From IMG/VR virus record IMGVR_UViG_3300028587_000039, positions 1-24,857 of that record: a stretch of DNA of 24,857 nucleotides; one strand, given 5' to 3'. Each line of letters starts with the position of its first letter. Positions within the stretch are counted from its first letter, which is position 1. The DNA is from a virus (taxonomy: Duplodnaviria; Caudoviricetes). The notes beneath the pieces are model-generated. The model did no database searches and was not told where the DNA came from. It was given only the letters and a program-made list of their open reading frames with translations. This document shows, in pieces, positions 7,421 through 14,236 of the stretch. Made by a program: the position numbers and the translations under genes.

Positions 7421-7870
7421 GTGGTGGGCGTGCAATCGACGGATACTAACAAGACGAGCCTAGGAATGCGCCAGAGCTCGCTCTACCGGGAATGGGAACA
7501 GTTGGTGTGGCGGACGTTAGGTCGGGACGCTAAGACAACTCCGTCCGCCGCGGCTATCCGGGTCATTCTGCTGCTGGACAAAGAACCGGACGGGCTGTGG
7601 GGGTCAGAGATAGCGCGGAGAATAGGCGCTGGACAGAGCAATACCACGCAACTCACATTACCTCGTCTCCAAGAGATGGGTCTGATAGAATTCTCGGTGC
7701 AGGACAATCCACGAGGCGGCGGTCGGAAACTGCACGTCTGGCGCCTGACCGAGAAAGGTAAAGACATTGGCATTCTTGCCTCCGTCGAGTCCCGTGCCAG
7801 AGTTCATTCTTCCAAGCGGAGTGATCCAGTGTCCGGTATGCGAGGGCAGAAGCGTCACTCTGGAAGGTAG
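7421..7870 (+). CDS. PadR/MarR-like winged-helix protein
   Basis: ILLLDKEPDGLWGSEIARRIG...LPRLQEMGLIE...RKLHVWRLTEKGK; start may be 7430 or 7466. Confidence 0.78.
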   Translation: MVGVQSTDTNKTSLGMRQSSLYREWEQLVWRTLGRDAKTTPSAAAIRVILLLDKEPDGLWGSEIARRIGAGQSNTTQLTLPRLQEMGLIEFSVQDNPRGGGRKLHVWRLTEKGKDIGILASVESRARVHSSKRSDPVSGMRGQKRHSGR

Positions 7871-7997
7871 TCCCAGCCGATGGACGCCCGACGGTCCGCA
7901 GGTTCGGATTGACTTTCTCTGCCTCGTCCACAACGGGGTATTCTCTGTTCTGTTCTGCGGATTCACCCGGCATTCTACGGCGGAGGTAAAGGCATGA
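7767..7997 (+). CDS. small zinc-ribbon-like protein
   Basis: CPVC...CLVH; ATGA coupling to 7994; overlaps the 3' end of the wHTH gene in +1 frame. Confidence 0.55.
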   Translation: MAFLPPSSPVPEFILPSGVIQCPVCEGRSVTLEGSPSRWTPDGPQVRIDFLCLVHNGVFSVLFCGFTRHSTAEVKA

Positions 7998-8182
7998 AGG
8001 TTACGTTGAAGTTGCAGGTCCGAAATGTAGAGAAGCAGTTCCGGGTGTCCATCTACGAGCAAGAGAATGGGCAGTTCTACGCCATCAAGGTAAGAACTGA
8101 TGAGCCGATGGGCACTCCCGGTTCGCTCACCATCCGCGGGAACATTAGCCGCGACGAGGCAATTGGAATGGCAGAGCTATGA
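7994..8182 (+). CDS. hypothetical protein
   Basis: 62 aa; GGAGGT RBS; ATGA overlaps at both ends. Confidence 0.8.
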   Translation: MKVTLKLQVRNVEKQFRVSIYEQENGQFYAIKVRTDEPMGTPGSLTIRGNISRDEAIGMAEL

Positions 8183-8469
8183 CTGACACTTTCCCGTTTC
8201 CGGAGGTAATCATTCACGACTATCTGTCCACGGCCTGTCATCACGCGGTAGCAGATGGCCAGCCTCAGCTGCATTACTACTGCAAGTCCATGACCGGCTA
8301 TCAGGGAGCCAAGCGGGCGGGTACTTGCAAGTTCTGCGAGGCCAAATGCGTTTGTCCATGCCATGCGGAGGATTGGGAATCAAAGCCTGAGAGCTATCTT
8401 CGCGTAGTACCCGAGGGTGAAGACTTAGATCTAAGGGAAGAGGATGACCCAGCCCAAGACTCGAGCTGA
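8179..8469 (+). CDS. Cys/His-rich hypothetical protein
   Basis: HDYLSTACHH...HYYC...CKFCEAKCVCPCH. Confidence 0.8.
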   Translation: MTDTFPFPEVIIHDYLSTACHHAVADGQPQLHYYCKSMTGYQGAKRAGTCKFCEAKCVCPCHAEDWESKPESYLRVVPEGEDLDLREEDDPAQDSS

Positions 8470-8797
8470 GGGCCGGGAACGGATACTAGAAACGGATCCG
8501 ACAACGGGCCGGGAATACGTAACTGCCAAGACCCGCACGGGCCGATCTGTGGACAAGAATCGGTCTGACGGCTGGCGAGGATACAAGAGCCACCTGACGG
8601 CTAAGCAGAGGCGCATTATCCGGTGGTATCTGCGGCAGAGAGACCGGGGGTGTTCCCGGGAAAGGTGCTGGATTGAGATCCAGAGATCGGGCGCCTGGGT
8701 TCCTTCGCCTATGCAGTATCCTCTTACTTTCGGTACCCTTGCCTCATGGGAACTGACACGATCCGCCATGCAATCACGCGGCAAAGAGTGGCCCTAG
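8444..8797 (+). CDS. basic hypothetical protein
   Basis: 117 aa; purine-rich upstream region (AAGGGAAGAGG). Confidence 0.65.
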   Translation: MTQPKTRAEGRERILETDPTTGREYVTAKTRTGRSVDKNRSDGWRGYKSHLTAKQRRIIRWYLRQRDRGCSRERCWIEIQRSGAWVPSPMQYPLTFGTLASWELTRSAMQSRGKEWP

Positions 8798-8904
8798 TCC
8801 TGGTCACCATCCGGCATTGCCGCAAGCCGAAGTGCTTCCGCTGCGGTAAGCGCGATGAGCACACGGCGTTCTGTATCGCAGTCTCCCGCCTTCGGTATCT
8901 CTGA
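8788..8904 (+). CDS. 38-aa Cys/His microprotein (not in ORF track)
   Basis: MALVLVTIRHCRKPKCFRCGKRDEHTAFCIAVSRLRYL fills the gap between 8797 and the next promoter. Confidence 0.4.
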   Translation: MALVLVTIRHCRKPKCFRCGKRDEHTAFCIAVSRLRYL

Positions 8905-8912
8905 CCGATAGA

Positions 8913-8927
8913 TGATAGAATAGCCGC
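8913..8927 (+). promoter_or_regulatory. extended -10 promoter, leaderless
   Basis: TGaTAGAAT(8913-8921)-6 nt-ATG(8928). Confidence 0.65.
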
Positions 8928-9020
8928 ATGGACAACGAGGAAGTGGTTTTCGAGCTGACCATGCCGGACGGCGAGAAGCGGACCTACGACGAGGATGGTG
9001 CCCGGAATGACAACCGATAA
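8928..9020 (+). CDS. 30-aa acidic microprotein (not in ORF track)
   Basis: MDNEEVVFELTMPDGEKRTYDEDGARNDNR; GC3-rich codons; starts at the predicted TSS. Confidence 0.55.
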   Translation: MDNEEVVFELTMPDGEKRTYDEDGARNDNR

Positions 9021-9315
9021 GCCGTGGGCTAAGAACAGCGGGGACGGAATCCACGATCCAGAACAGGACAAAGTCCGCTACGACTTCACGGGCAGTATCT
9101 CCGGGTTTGACTTCCCGCCGGAGACCCTGCAGAACATTCCCATCGGCACCCAGCACAAGAACTTCGATCCGAATCCTCCCGTGCCCGGATTCAATCCGTC
9201 CATCTTCGCCTCTCAGTCGCACTTCGCCGGCGCGCCTCGTCCCCGAGCCCACCCGGAGGACCCGGACGATGACCGGGAAGAGATGAACATCCGTCGGCGT
9301 GAGAGGGACGAATGA
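9007..9315 (+). CDS. Pro-rich hypothetical protein
   Basis: ORF 8995..9315, probable ATG 9007; ATGA coupling to 9312. Confidence 0.7.
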   Translation: MTTDKPWAKNSGDGIHDPEQDKVRYDFTGSISGFDFPPETLQNIPIGTQHKNFDPNPPVPGFNPSIFASQSHFAGAPRPRAHPEDPDDDREEMNIRRRERDE

Positions 9316-9728
9316 CTCAGCAGATGCCCGTTGTCCGCGAGCGGTTCCCTTCCACGGCATTCCTGAAGCGATGGATCGGTCCCGCCTGTGCAATCGCCCT
9401 CGGTGTGGGATCGCTTACCGGCGCCATTATCTATCGGTCCAACGTTCCGGTAGTAACCACGACCGGGCAGAACATCACGTCCACTGCGACGGTCACTGAG
9501 ACGGCCACAGCCCCGCCTGTGACAGCCGTAGAGACAAGAACGGCTACTGTGACGGTTACTGGTCCGCCTCCCCCGCCTCAGGTCCGTGAGGTGACAGTGA
9601 CCAAAACCGCTCCCCCGGAAACCGTGCAGGTGGAAAAACCGACTCGGCGAGAGACCGAGACGGTGACAGAAACACAAACGGTCCAAGAAGCGATTAGGAA
9701 CATTGGCCGAGGGAGGGGCGGCGAGTAA
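9312..9728 (+). CDS. membrane-anchored Thr/Pro-rich protein
   Basis: N-terminal hydrophobic helix followed by repeated TVT/TET motifs and poly-Pro. Confidence 0.8.
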   Translation: MTQQMPVVRERFPSTAFLKRWIGPACAIALGVGSLTGAIIYRSNVPVVTTTGQNITSTATVTETATAPPVTAVETRTATVTVTGPPPPPQVREVTVTKTAPPETVQVEKPTRRETETVTETQTVQEAIRNIGRGRGGE

Positions 9729-9793
9729 TGTGCACCTGCGACCCGGACGACCCGGAGAATTGGCCGTGCGAGGCATGTAAGCAGAAGTTCTGA
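9728..9793 (+). CDS. 21-aa CxC...CxxC microprotein (not in ORF track)
   Basis: MCTCDPDDPENWPCEACKQKF; TAATG overlap at the start, TGATG overlap at the end, GGAGG upstream. Confidence 0.55.
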   Translation: MCTCDPDDPENWPCEACKQKF

Positions 9794-10320
9794 TGCTACA
9801 CTTCTGGCTGATCGTGGCTTACGGAATGCTTGCCACGTTCACATGTGTCCTGGTCTGGGCCGTGATCATGCTGTATGGACGAGTGGAGGATTTGGAACGT
9901 GAACTCGGAAGAACAGATCCGGATGTACGCGGATCAGGTGGGCACGAGCGAGTGGGCGATGGAGCAGAACCGGGAACTCGAGCGTCGATCAGAAGTCGCG
10001 TTCGACGGCAAACTGCCCCGGACGGAATGGCGGGAGCTGGAGGATACACCTTCCCCGCAGCCCGGCATGGACGCCGGCACTTCGATCCATCAGAACCTCC
10101 TACAGAATTCTTCGACCGACTCAAGCGAGACTACGGTTCCCCTCATTCCCGGCACGGAGATGCCGAGCAAAATGGAGGACGCAGAGGCGCTAGCAGCCCG
10201 GCTCAACACGACGGTGGAGGAACTGCCTGGTTTGCTCGTGGAGATGAAGGAGCAAATGGAGCGACGAATCCGGGAAGTCCAGAAATTCTCGGAGATGTTC
10301 AAGACTCAGCCGATGAGTAG
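9793..10320 (+). CDS. membrane protein with long disordered tail
   Basis: N-terminal TM (FWLIVAYGMLATFTCVLVWAVIMLY), short coiled coil, Gly/Arg-rich tail. Confidence 0.65.
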   Translation: MLHFWLIVAYGMLATFTCVLVWAVIMLYGRVEDLERELGRTDPDVRGSGGHERVGDGAEPGTRASIRSRVRRQTAPDGMAGAGGYTFPAARHGRRHFDPSEPPTEFFDRLKRDYGSPHSRHGDAEQNGGRRGASSPAQHDGGGTAWFARGDEGANGATNPGSPEILGDVQDSADE

Positions 10321-10369
10321 ACGCCACCGTCGCGCTCAGAAGTTTGGCCATTCTCGACTGCACGGATAG
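9875..10369 (+). CDS. helical hypothetical protein overprinted in +1 frame
   Basis: Open for 164 aa; amphipathic C-terminus EDAEALAARLNTTVEELPGLLVEMKEQMERRIREVQKF; true start uncertain. Confidence 0.55.
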   Translation: MDEWRIWNVNSEEQIRMYADQVGTSEWAMEQNRELERRSEVAFDGKLPRTEWRELEDTPSPQPGMDAGTSIHQNLLQNSSTDSSETTVPLIPGTEMPSKMEDAEALAARLNTTVEELPGLLVEMKEQMERRIREVQKFSEMFKTQPMSRRHRRAQKFGHSRLHG

Positions 10370-10378
10370 GATAGCAGT
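10344..10378 (+). promoter_or_regulatory. sigma70-type promoter, leaderless
   Basis: TTGGCC(10344-10349)-17 nt-TAGGAT(10367-10372)-6 nt-ATG(10379). Confidence 0.7.
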
Positions 10379-10798
10379 ATGGATGAGAAAGCAGCAGCTG
10401 CATACCACCCATTCTCCAGCGCTGAGGAAATGCGACAGGCGCTGAAGATTCGGGACGAGATCGCACAACCGCAGGTCGAGGGAAGGGAAACCCTGTCGGG
10501 TGTGGATCTGTCTGTCCTGCCGCGGGAGAAACTACGGGATCTCGGCCAGGGTAACGTCATTCTTCACGAGGGTATCTGGTGCCAGATTGACGAGTACGAG
10601 GTGCAGGATCAGCACGACTCTATTCGCCTGAGGCTGGTCCATGCAGACGTGGATCCGGACGCGCCTGCCTGGGAACGCCGCATCATTGCGCACATGGATG
10701 AGAAGTTCTACGTTCCGATTCCCGCCAAGGGGCGCGCGGCCAGGCGGAGTAACGAGCGGCATCCATCTTTGGTGCGCCGCGTACCGGAAGGTCACTGA
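10379..10798 (+). CDS. hypothetical protein, possible SH3/KOW-like barrel
   Basis: 139 aa; LRDLGQGNVILHEGIWCQIDEYEV...IRLRLV beta pattern. Confidence 0.75.
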   Translation: MDEKAAAAYHPFSSAEEMRQALKIRDEIAQPQVEGRETLSGVDLSVLPREKLRDLGQGNVILHEGIWCQIDEYEVQDQHDSIRLRLVHADVDPDAPAWERRIIAHMDEKFYVPIPAKGRAARRSNERHPSLVRRVPEGH

Positions 10799-10821
10799 TA
10801 GTTATAGATTCAACTTACAGA

Positions 10822-10856
10822 ATGACAAATGACTCCTTGGGGTATAAATTGCTCCC
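10822..10856 (+). promoter_or_regulatory. sigma70-type promoter, leaderless
   Basis: ATGACA(10822-10827)-17 nt-TAAATT(10845-10850)-6 nt-GTG(10857) in an AT-rich gap. Confidence 0.5.
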
Positions 10857-11159
10857 GTGACCATCGGGGGTAAACTCTTCATTGATAGTTGGGGCTTCGA
10901 GCATCCCTCTCGAAAGCTCATGCGCCAGGCCAATCGTCGGAATCGCCGGTTCGATCGGTCTGTTTGTTGGTGGTTTCTTAGGCCTGATCGAGACAAGGAT
11001 TATTATGCCCAGGGGTCCGAGGCGAGGAAAAACATCCGAGCGCAGAATTGCCCGCAAGGTGGAACGGACTCTCGAGAACACCCATGGTGGGTTCGCTGGG
11101 CCCTCGCTGATCGAGCAGTTGGAGACGGAGTTACTGGAAGCAACGATCCGGTACCTTGA
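10857..11159 (+). CDS. basic hypothetical protein
   Basis: 100 aa starting at the predicted TSS; 3' half overlaps the next gene. Confidence 0.45.
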   Translation: MTIGGKLFIDSWGFEHPSRKLMRQANRRNRRFDRSVCWWFLRPDRDKDYYAQGSEARKNIRAQNCPQGGTDSREHPWWVRWALADRAVGDGVTGSNDPVP

Positions 11160-11391
11160 AGTGAAAGAACAAGCCCAGACGACTCACGAGGAGGAGCATA
11201 CTCTCCCAGAATGGGTCGATGTCGAGCGGAAGCGGGCATCTAGGCTTGGTACTGCTCGAGGGGTAATGCGAGGATGCGCGGCAGCCGTGGCGATTGTGCG
11301 TAACTCGTACACGGCTTCAGAGGCCCAGGTCGTTAAGGGCATTGAGAGAGAATTCGTAAAACTCGCCCGCGCTGCCACCTTGCGCGCTTGA
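11005..11391 (+). CDS. helical hypothetical protein
   Basis: ATG 11005 with AAGGA RBS within ORF 10882..11391. Confidence 0.75.
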   Translation: MPRGPRRGKTSERRIARKVERTLENTHGGFAGPSLIEQLETELLEATIRYLEVKEQAQTTHEEEHTLPEWVDVERKRASRLGTARGVMRGCAAAVAIVRNSYTASEAQVVKGIEREFVKLARAATLRA

Positions 11392-11445
11392 TCATTGTGG
11401 CATTTAACGTGATCGACTCCGGAAGTAACCAGAAGGTAAACTGAC

Positions 11446-11766
11446 ATGACCCCGAGCACCTCCGCTTATGTTCAGATTATCATTCTGGTTCTGATGTGGC
11501 CCTTCACGTTAGGACTTTTACGTGCCCCTGTCCGACCAACTCCGCTCCCTGTGCTTGGCCGTCTCCGACGTAGAATTGCGTCTCGCCGGTCGATCGGAGA
11601 TCCTGGATTGTATGATGGATCTGCACAACGACCTGAACGAATGGGCGGTAAACACCGAGCACGATCGGGCCGCAGAGGAAGTAATGGCCATTCTCGACCA
11701 GTATCTGGCGAAGGTACAGCAGGCTGGTCTGAGGAAGACGCACTGACGACGGGAGAATTGCAATGA
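11446..11766 (+). CDS. membrane protein with basic disordered tail
   Basis: AYVQIIILVLMWPFTLGLL TM segment; AAGGT upstream; ATGA coupling to 11763. Confidence 0.65.
   Translation: MTPSTSAYVQIIILVLMWPFTLGLLRAPVRPTPLPVLGRLRRRIASRRSIGDPGLYDGSAQRPERMGGKHRARSGRRGSNGHSRPVSGEGTAGWSEEDALTTGELQ
11522..11746 (+). CDS. helical protein nested in +1 frame
   Basis: 74 aa amphipathic SEILDCMMDLHNDLNEW...AAEEVMAILDQYLAKV; AGGA upstream of the GTG. Confidence 0.5.
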   Translation: MPLSDQLRSLCLAVSDVELRLAGRSEILDCMMDLHNDLNEWAVNTEHDRAAEEVMAILDQYLAKVQQAGLRKTH

Positions 11767-12092
11767 CGGATGTACCCTTGACCGAGGAGCCCGGACCCAT
11801 CCCTGCCGAGCCGCAATTCCACCAGTACATCATCGCCATCGGCGCGGTGGGCGAGACACCGGTTCCGATCTCGATGATCCTGCATGACCTGGGGATGAAG
11901 TTCGCCCAGGAGAACGGCTTGGACCCACTACTCTGTGTGGGATACGTCACTCCCTCGGCATTCCGGCCCGACTACCTGAGCGCCGCCGAAATCTGGCACA
12001 GCATGAGCAAGGAAGACCGCGAGGGCCTGAAAGAGTGGGGCCCCCGCCTGTACGTCGCCCTGTCCCTGCTGTTCGGCACTCACGGCCACTGA
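11763..12092 (+). CDS. hypothetical protein
   Basis: 109 aa; GGGAG RBS; high GC3. Confidence 0.8.
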   Translation: MTDVPLTEEPGPIPAEPQFHQYIIAIGAVGETPVPISMILHDLGMKFAQENGLDPLLCVGYVTPSAFRPDYLSAAEIWHSMSKEDREGLKEWGPRLYVALSLLFGTHGH

Positions 12093-12105
12093 GAGCGCCT
12101 GAGAC

Positions 12106-12348
12106 ATGCCAGCGAAACGGGAGCGGGGGAAACGTCGGGCGATGATGCTCCGGGCGCTCAGCGAGCGACTGAAGCGCCTTGCAGACGATGCTGAGGGCGA
12201 GCCCCCGCCCCGTTCGCGCATCAGCGTTGCTCATTACCGCCGGGAAGCTCACACGGTTGTCTATCCAGAGGCCGATCTGTCAGAATGGGTCCATCGCCGA
12301 ATGGTGAGTGACTGGGATTCTGTCCGACGGGGACGGAACAATCATTGA
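12106..12348 (+). CDS. basic hypothetical protein
   Basis: 80 aa filling the gap in the operon. Confidence 0.55.
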   Translation: MPAKRERGKRRAMMLRALSERLKRLADDAEGEPPPRSRISVAHYRREAHTVVYPEADLSEWVHRRMVSDWDSVRRGRNNH

Positions 12349-12363
12349 CCGGGATGGACCGTC

Positions 12364-12678
12364 ATGGCTAGGCAGGGACGAACAGTACGAGTCCGCCACG
12401 TGGGTGAGTTCGAGTGGGAGCACCCGATCCTCCACTTCATCTTTGTCCGGCCATTCGTCTGGATTGGGAAGGTATGGCTGCATCTGCTCGTCAGCAAACA
12501 TCATCTGTGGGCAATGGCAAGCCCCGCCCCGTTTCACCGACTGACGTACTTCGGGCCCGCCGGTCATCCCCTGGCCTCCCGCCCGGCACCTATCTTGGTC
12601 GGTGTATCACGTGCGGGAAGAGGATCGAGTCCGGATCCAGTTGGGGACACCGAACTTTCCACGGAGAAACACGGCTAG
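12364..12678 (+). CDS. hypothetical protein, hydrophobic/aromatic segment
   Basis: 104 aa; PILHFIFVRPFVWIGKVWLHLLV. Confidence 0.5.
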   Translation: MARQGRTVRVRHVGEFEWEHPILHFIFVRPFVWIGKVWLHLLVSKHHLWAMASPAPFHRLTYFGPAGHPLASRPAPILVGVSRAGRGSSPDPVGDTELSTEKHG

Positions 12679-12713
12679 TATGCTGTGACCACGTGGAGAA
12701 CAGGAGACAGTAA
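12474..12713 (+). CDS. zinc-ribbon-like protein
   Basis: GRCITCGKRIESG...LVCCDH; TAATG coupling to 12713; start uncertain. Confidence 0.55.
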   Translation: MAASARQQTSSVGNGKPRPVSPTDVLRARRSSPGLPPGTYLGRCITCGKRIESGSSWGHRTFHGETRLVCCDHVENRRQ

Positions 12714-12967
12714 TGGCCGTAGCAATCACCGAGGAAGAGTCTCGCCTGCTCAGCGAGCAGATCCGTGAGGTCACCGAACGGCTGGGCCAAACCGGTGGAA
12801 ACATCTCGGTCGGGTTCACGTTCAGCGGGCCCACGGACAAGGGCCGATGGGAGGTCATCATCGTCCACGGAAACCCGAACGGCAGGGACACGCTCACGTC
12901 CGTTGGTGTGGGGGATACTTTCCTCGGCGCTATGAACAAGGCGATGGCAGCCTTCCAGGACTCGTGA
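12713..12967 (+). CDS. hypothetical protein
   Basis: 84 aa; AGGAG RBS. Confidence 0.8.
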   Translation: MAVAITEEESRLLSEQIREVTERLGQTGGNISVGFTFSGPTDKGRWEVIIVHGNPNGRDTLTSVGVGDTFLGAMNKAMAAFQDS

Positions 12968-13020
12968 GCCTTCTCGGAATTCCTGCACTGCAAGCACTGG
13001 ATCAATTGAGGGAGAGCACG

Positions 13021-13269
13021 ATGTCGTTTGAAGTGAGTCAGGCCATTGCCCATGCCTCGGCGCGTCACCACCCGTCCATCCAGGAGGCGGCGAAGTACTT
13101 CACTCGGGGCAAGCATTTGCCGGAGGGCCAGCTTAGGGACATTTCGGAGTTGTTCCACGAACTGGCTGTCGAGCTACTCAACATGCCCGGTCTCGAGGGT
13201 CCGCAGCTCACCATTGCGCTCAACAAGCTGATGGAGAGCAAGGACTACGCAATCCGGGCTGCACTCTAA
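13021..13269 (+). CDS. helical-hairpin phage protein, possible Acb2/Tad1-like
   Basis: 82 aa; GAGGGAG RBS; HPSIQEAAKYF..KHLP..QLRDISELFHELA...GPQLTIALNKLMESKDYAIRAA; TAATG coupling to thyX. The ORF is solid, the family call is tentative. Confidence 0.7.
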   Translation: MSFEVSQAIAHASARHHPSIQEAAKYFTRGKHLPEGQLRDISELFHELAVELLNMPGLEGPQLTIALNKLMESKDYAIRAAL

Positions 13270-13997
13270 TGAAGGTTGAAGCCATTGCCATGACCACGGT
13301 CATGGGCTCTGCGTCGGAGGTTATGTCATGGGAGGTGGGCACAACTGACGCGGATTACCTGGCTGAGTTCACCGCTCGGGACTGCTATCAGAGCCATCAC
13401 CGCCCGAACCGTGCAACTGCGGAGAATCGCCCGCACCTGGCGAACTGCATCGAGCACGAGCACTTCTCGGTCATGGAGCACGCGTCGGTTACCTTTCGGG
13501 TCACGGGGGTTTCTCGATCGCTGACGCATGAACTGGTGCGGCACCGGCATTTCTCGCCCAGCCAGCTGTCCCAACGATTCGTGGACAGCTCCGGAGCGGA
13601 CTACGTGGTGCCGCCGCTCATCGACGCCTGGCCGGACGAGGCTGACCGTGACGAGATGATGGCGATTCTCCAGGAATCGTGGGATCATGCTCGGGGCAGC
13701 TACGAGCGACTTCTCCGGGTGATGAACCGAGGGATCGACGAGCACTTTCCGCAGTACACCGGCACGATGCGTCGGAAGCGGATGCGGGAGGCCGCTCGAG
13801 CGCCCATGCCGAACATGACGGAGACACTGCTCGACATCACCGGGAACCATCGGGCATTCCGCGAGTTCTGCCAAAAGCGGTGTGCTGACGCGGCCGACCT
13901 TGAGATCCAGGCGTTGGCGAAGGAGATGCTCCGGCAGCTGACTCAGATCGCACCGAACACCTACCAGGACATGGAAGGGCTGCTCTCGAACAGATAG
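13269..13997 (+). CDS. thyX: FAD-dependent thymidylate synthase
   Basis: HFSVMEHASVTF, SRSLTHELVRHRHFSPSQLSQRF (RHR-x7-S motif), REAAR..MPN, TGNHRA...R. Confidence 0.95.
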   Translation: MKVEAIAMTTVMGSASEVMSWEVGTTDADYLAEFTARDCYQSHHRPNRATAENRPHLANCIEHEHFSVMEHASVTFRVTGVSRSLTHELVRHRHFSPSQLSQRFVDSSGADYVVPPLIDAWPDEADRDEMMAILQESWDHARGSYERLLRVMNRGIDEHFPQYTGTMRRKRMREAARAPMPNMTETLLDITGNHRAFREFCQKRCADAADLEIQALAKEMLRQLTQIAPNTYQDMEGLLSNR

Positions 13998-14051
13998 ATA
14001 CTCTCTGCGATTATTGCCACACCAGGGGTGACGTCCCGGCGGGGTTTCCCC

Positions 14052-14081
14052 TTGACACCTGCAATACGCAGAATGTACGGT
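14052..14081 (+). promoter_or_regulatory. sigma70-type promoter for the packaging/structural region
   Basis: TTGACA(14052-14057)-18 nt-TACGGT(14076-14081); predicted TSS about 14087-14089. Confidence 0.7.
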
Positions 14082-14087
14082 ATGTAA

Positions 14088-14230
14088 CGTTCGACCGGAG
14101 TCGCTGTCGCGGGCCTCAGACTGCGGCCGAACGCCCCGTGCTGGAGTCCACCTCGCCGGGACCTGAGGGTCTCCCTGTTCGCCACCCGTCGTCAGCGGGC
14201 AGGGAGGCCCTCTTCCAGAGATGACGGGAT
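14088..14230 (+). ncRNA. structured leader RNA / candidate cis-regulatory ncRNA
   Basis: 5' hairpin 14088-14133; closing stem 14141-14146/14213-14218; small hairpin 14146-14162; 18-bp stem 14165-14182/14195-14212 with G-U pairs on the + strand; its loop is complementary to 14220-14228. Confidence 0.6.
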
Positions 14231-14236
14231 GAGGAG

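Noticed and set aside
9793-11766. Rz/Rz1-type spanins for the nested gene pairs
   Set aside because: Inner ORFs lack a signal peptide/lipobox and the pairs are not in a lysis context.
14113-14218. HDV-like (theta) ribozyme: pairings can be arranged as P1 CTCAG/CTGAG, P2 CTGGAG/TTCCAG, P3 TCC/GGA with loop ACCTCGCCG (cf. UCCUCGCU) and a long P4
   Set aside because: J4/2 would be CCCTC without the conserved adenosines, there is no G-U/G-C pair at the cleavage position, P1 is short and the first L3 base is A. Not called, though a self-cleavage gel would be a cheap test.
14141-14218. Hammerhead ribozyme or tRNA
   Set aside because: CTGAG is present but CUGANGA and GAAA cores are absent; no cloverleaf with T-loop or D-loop consensus.
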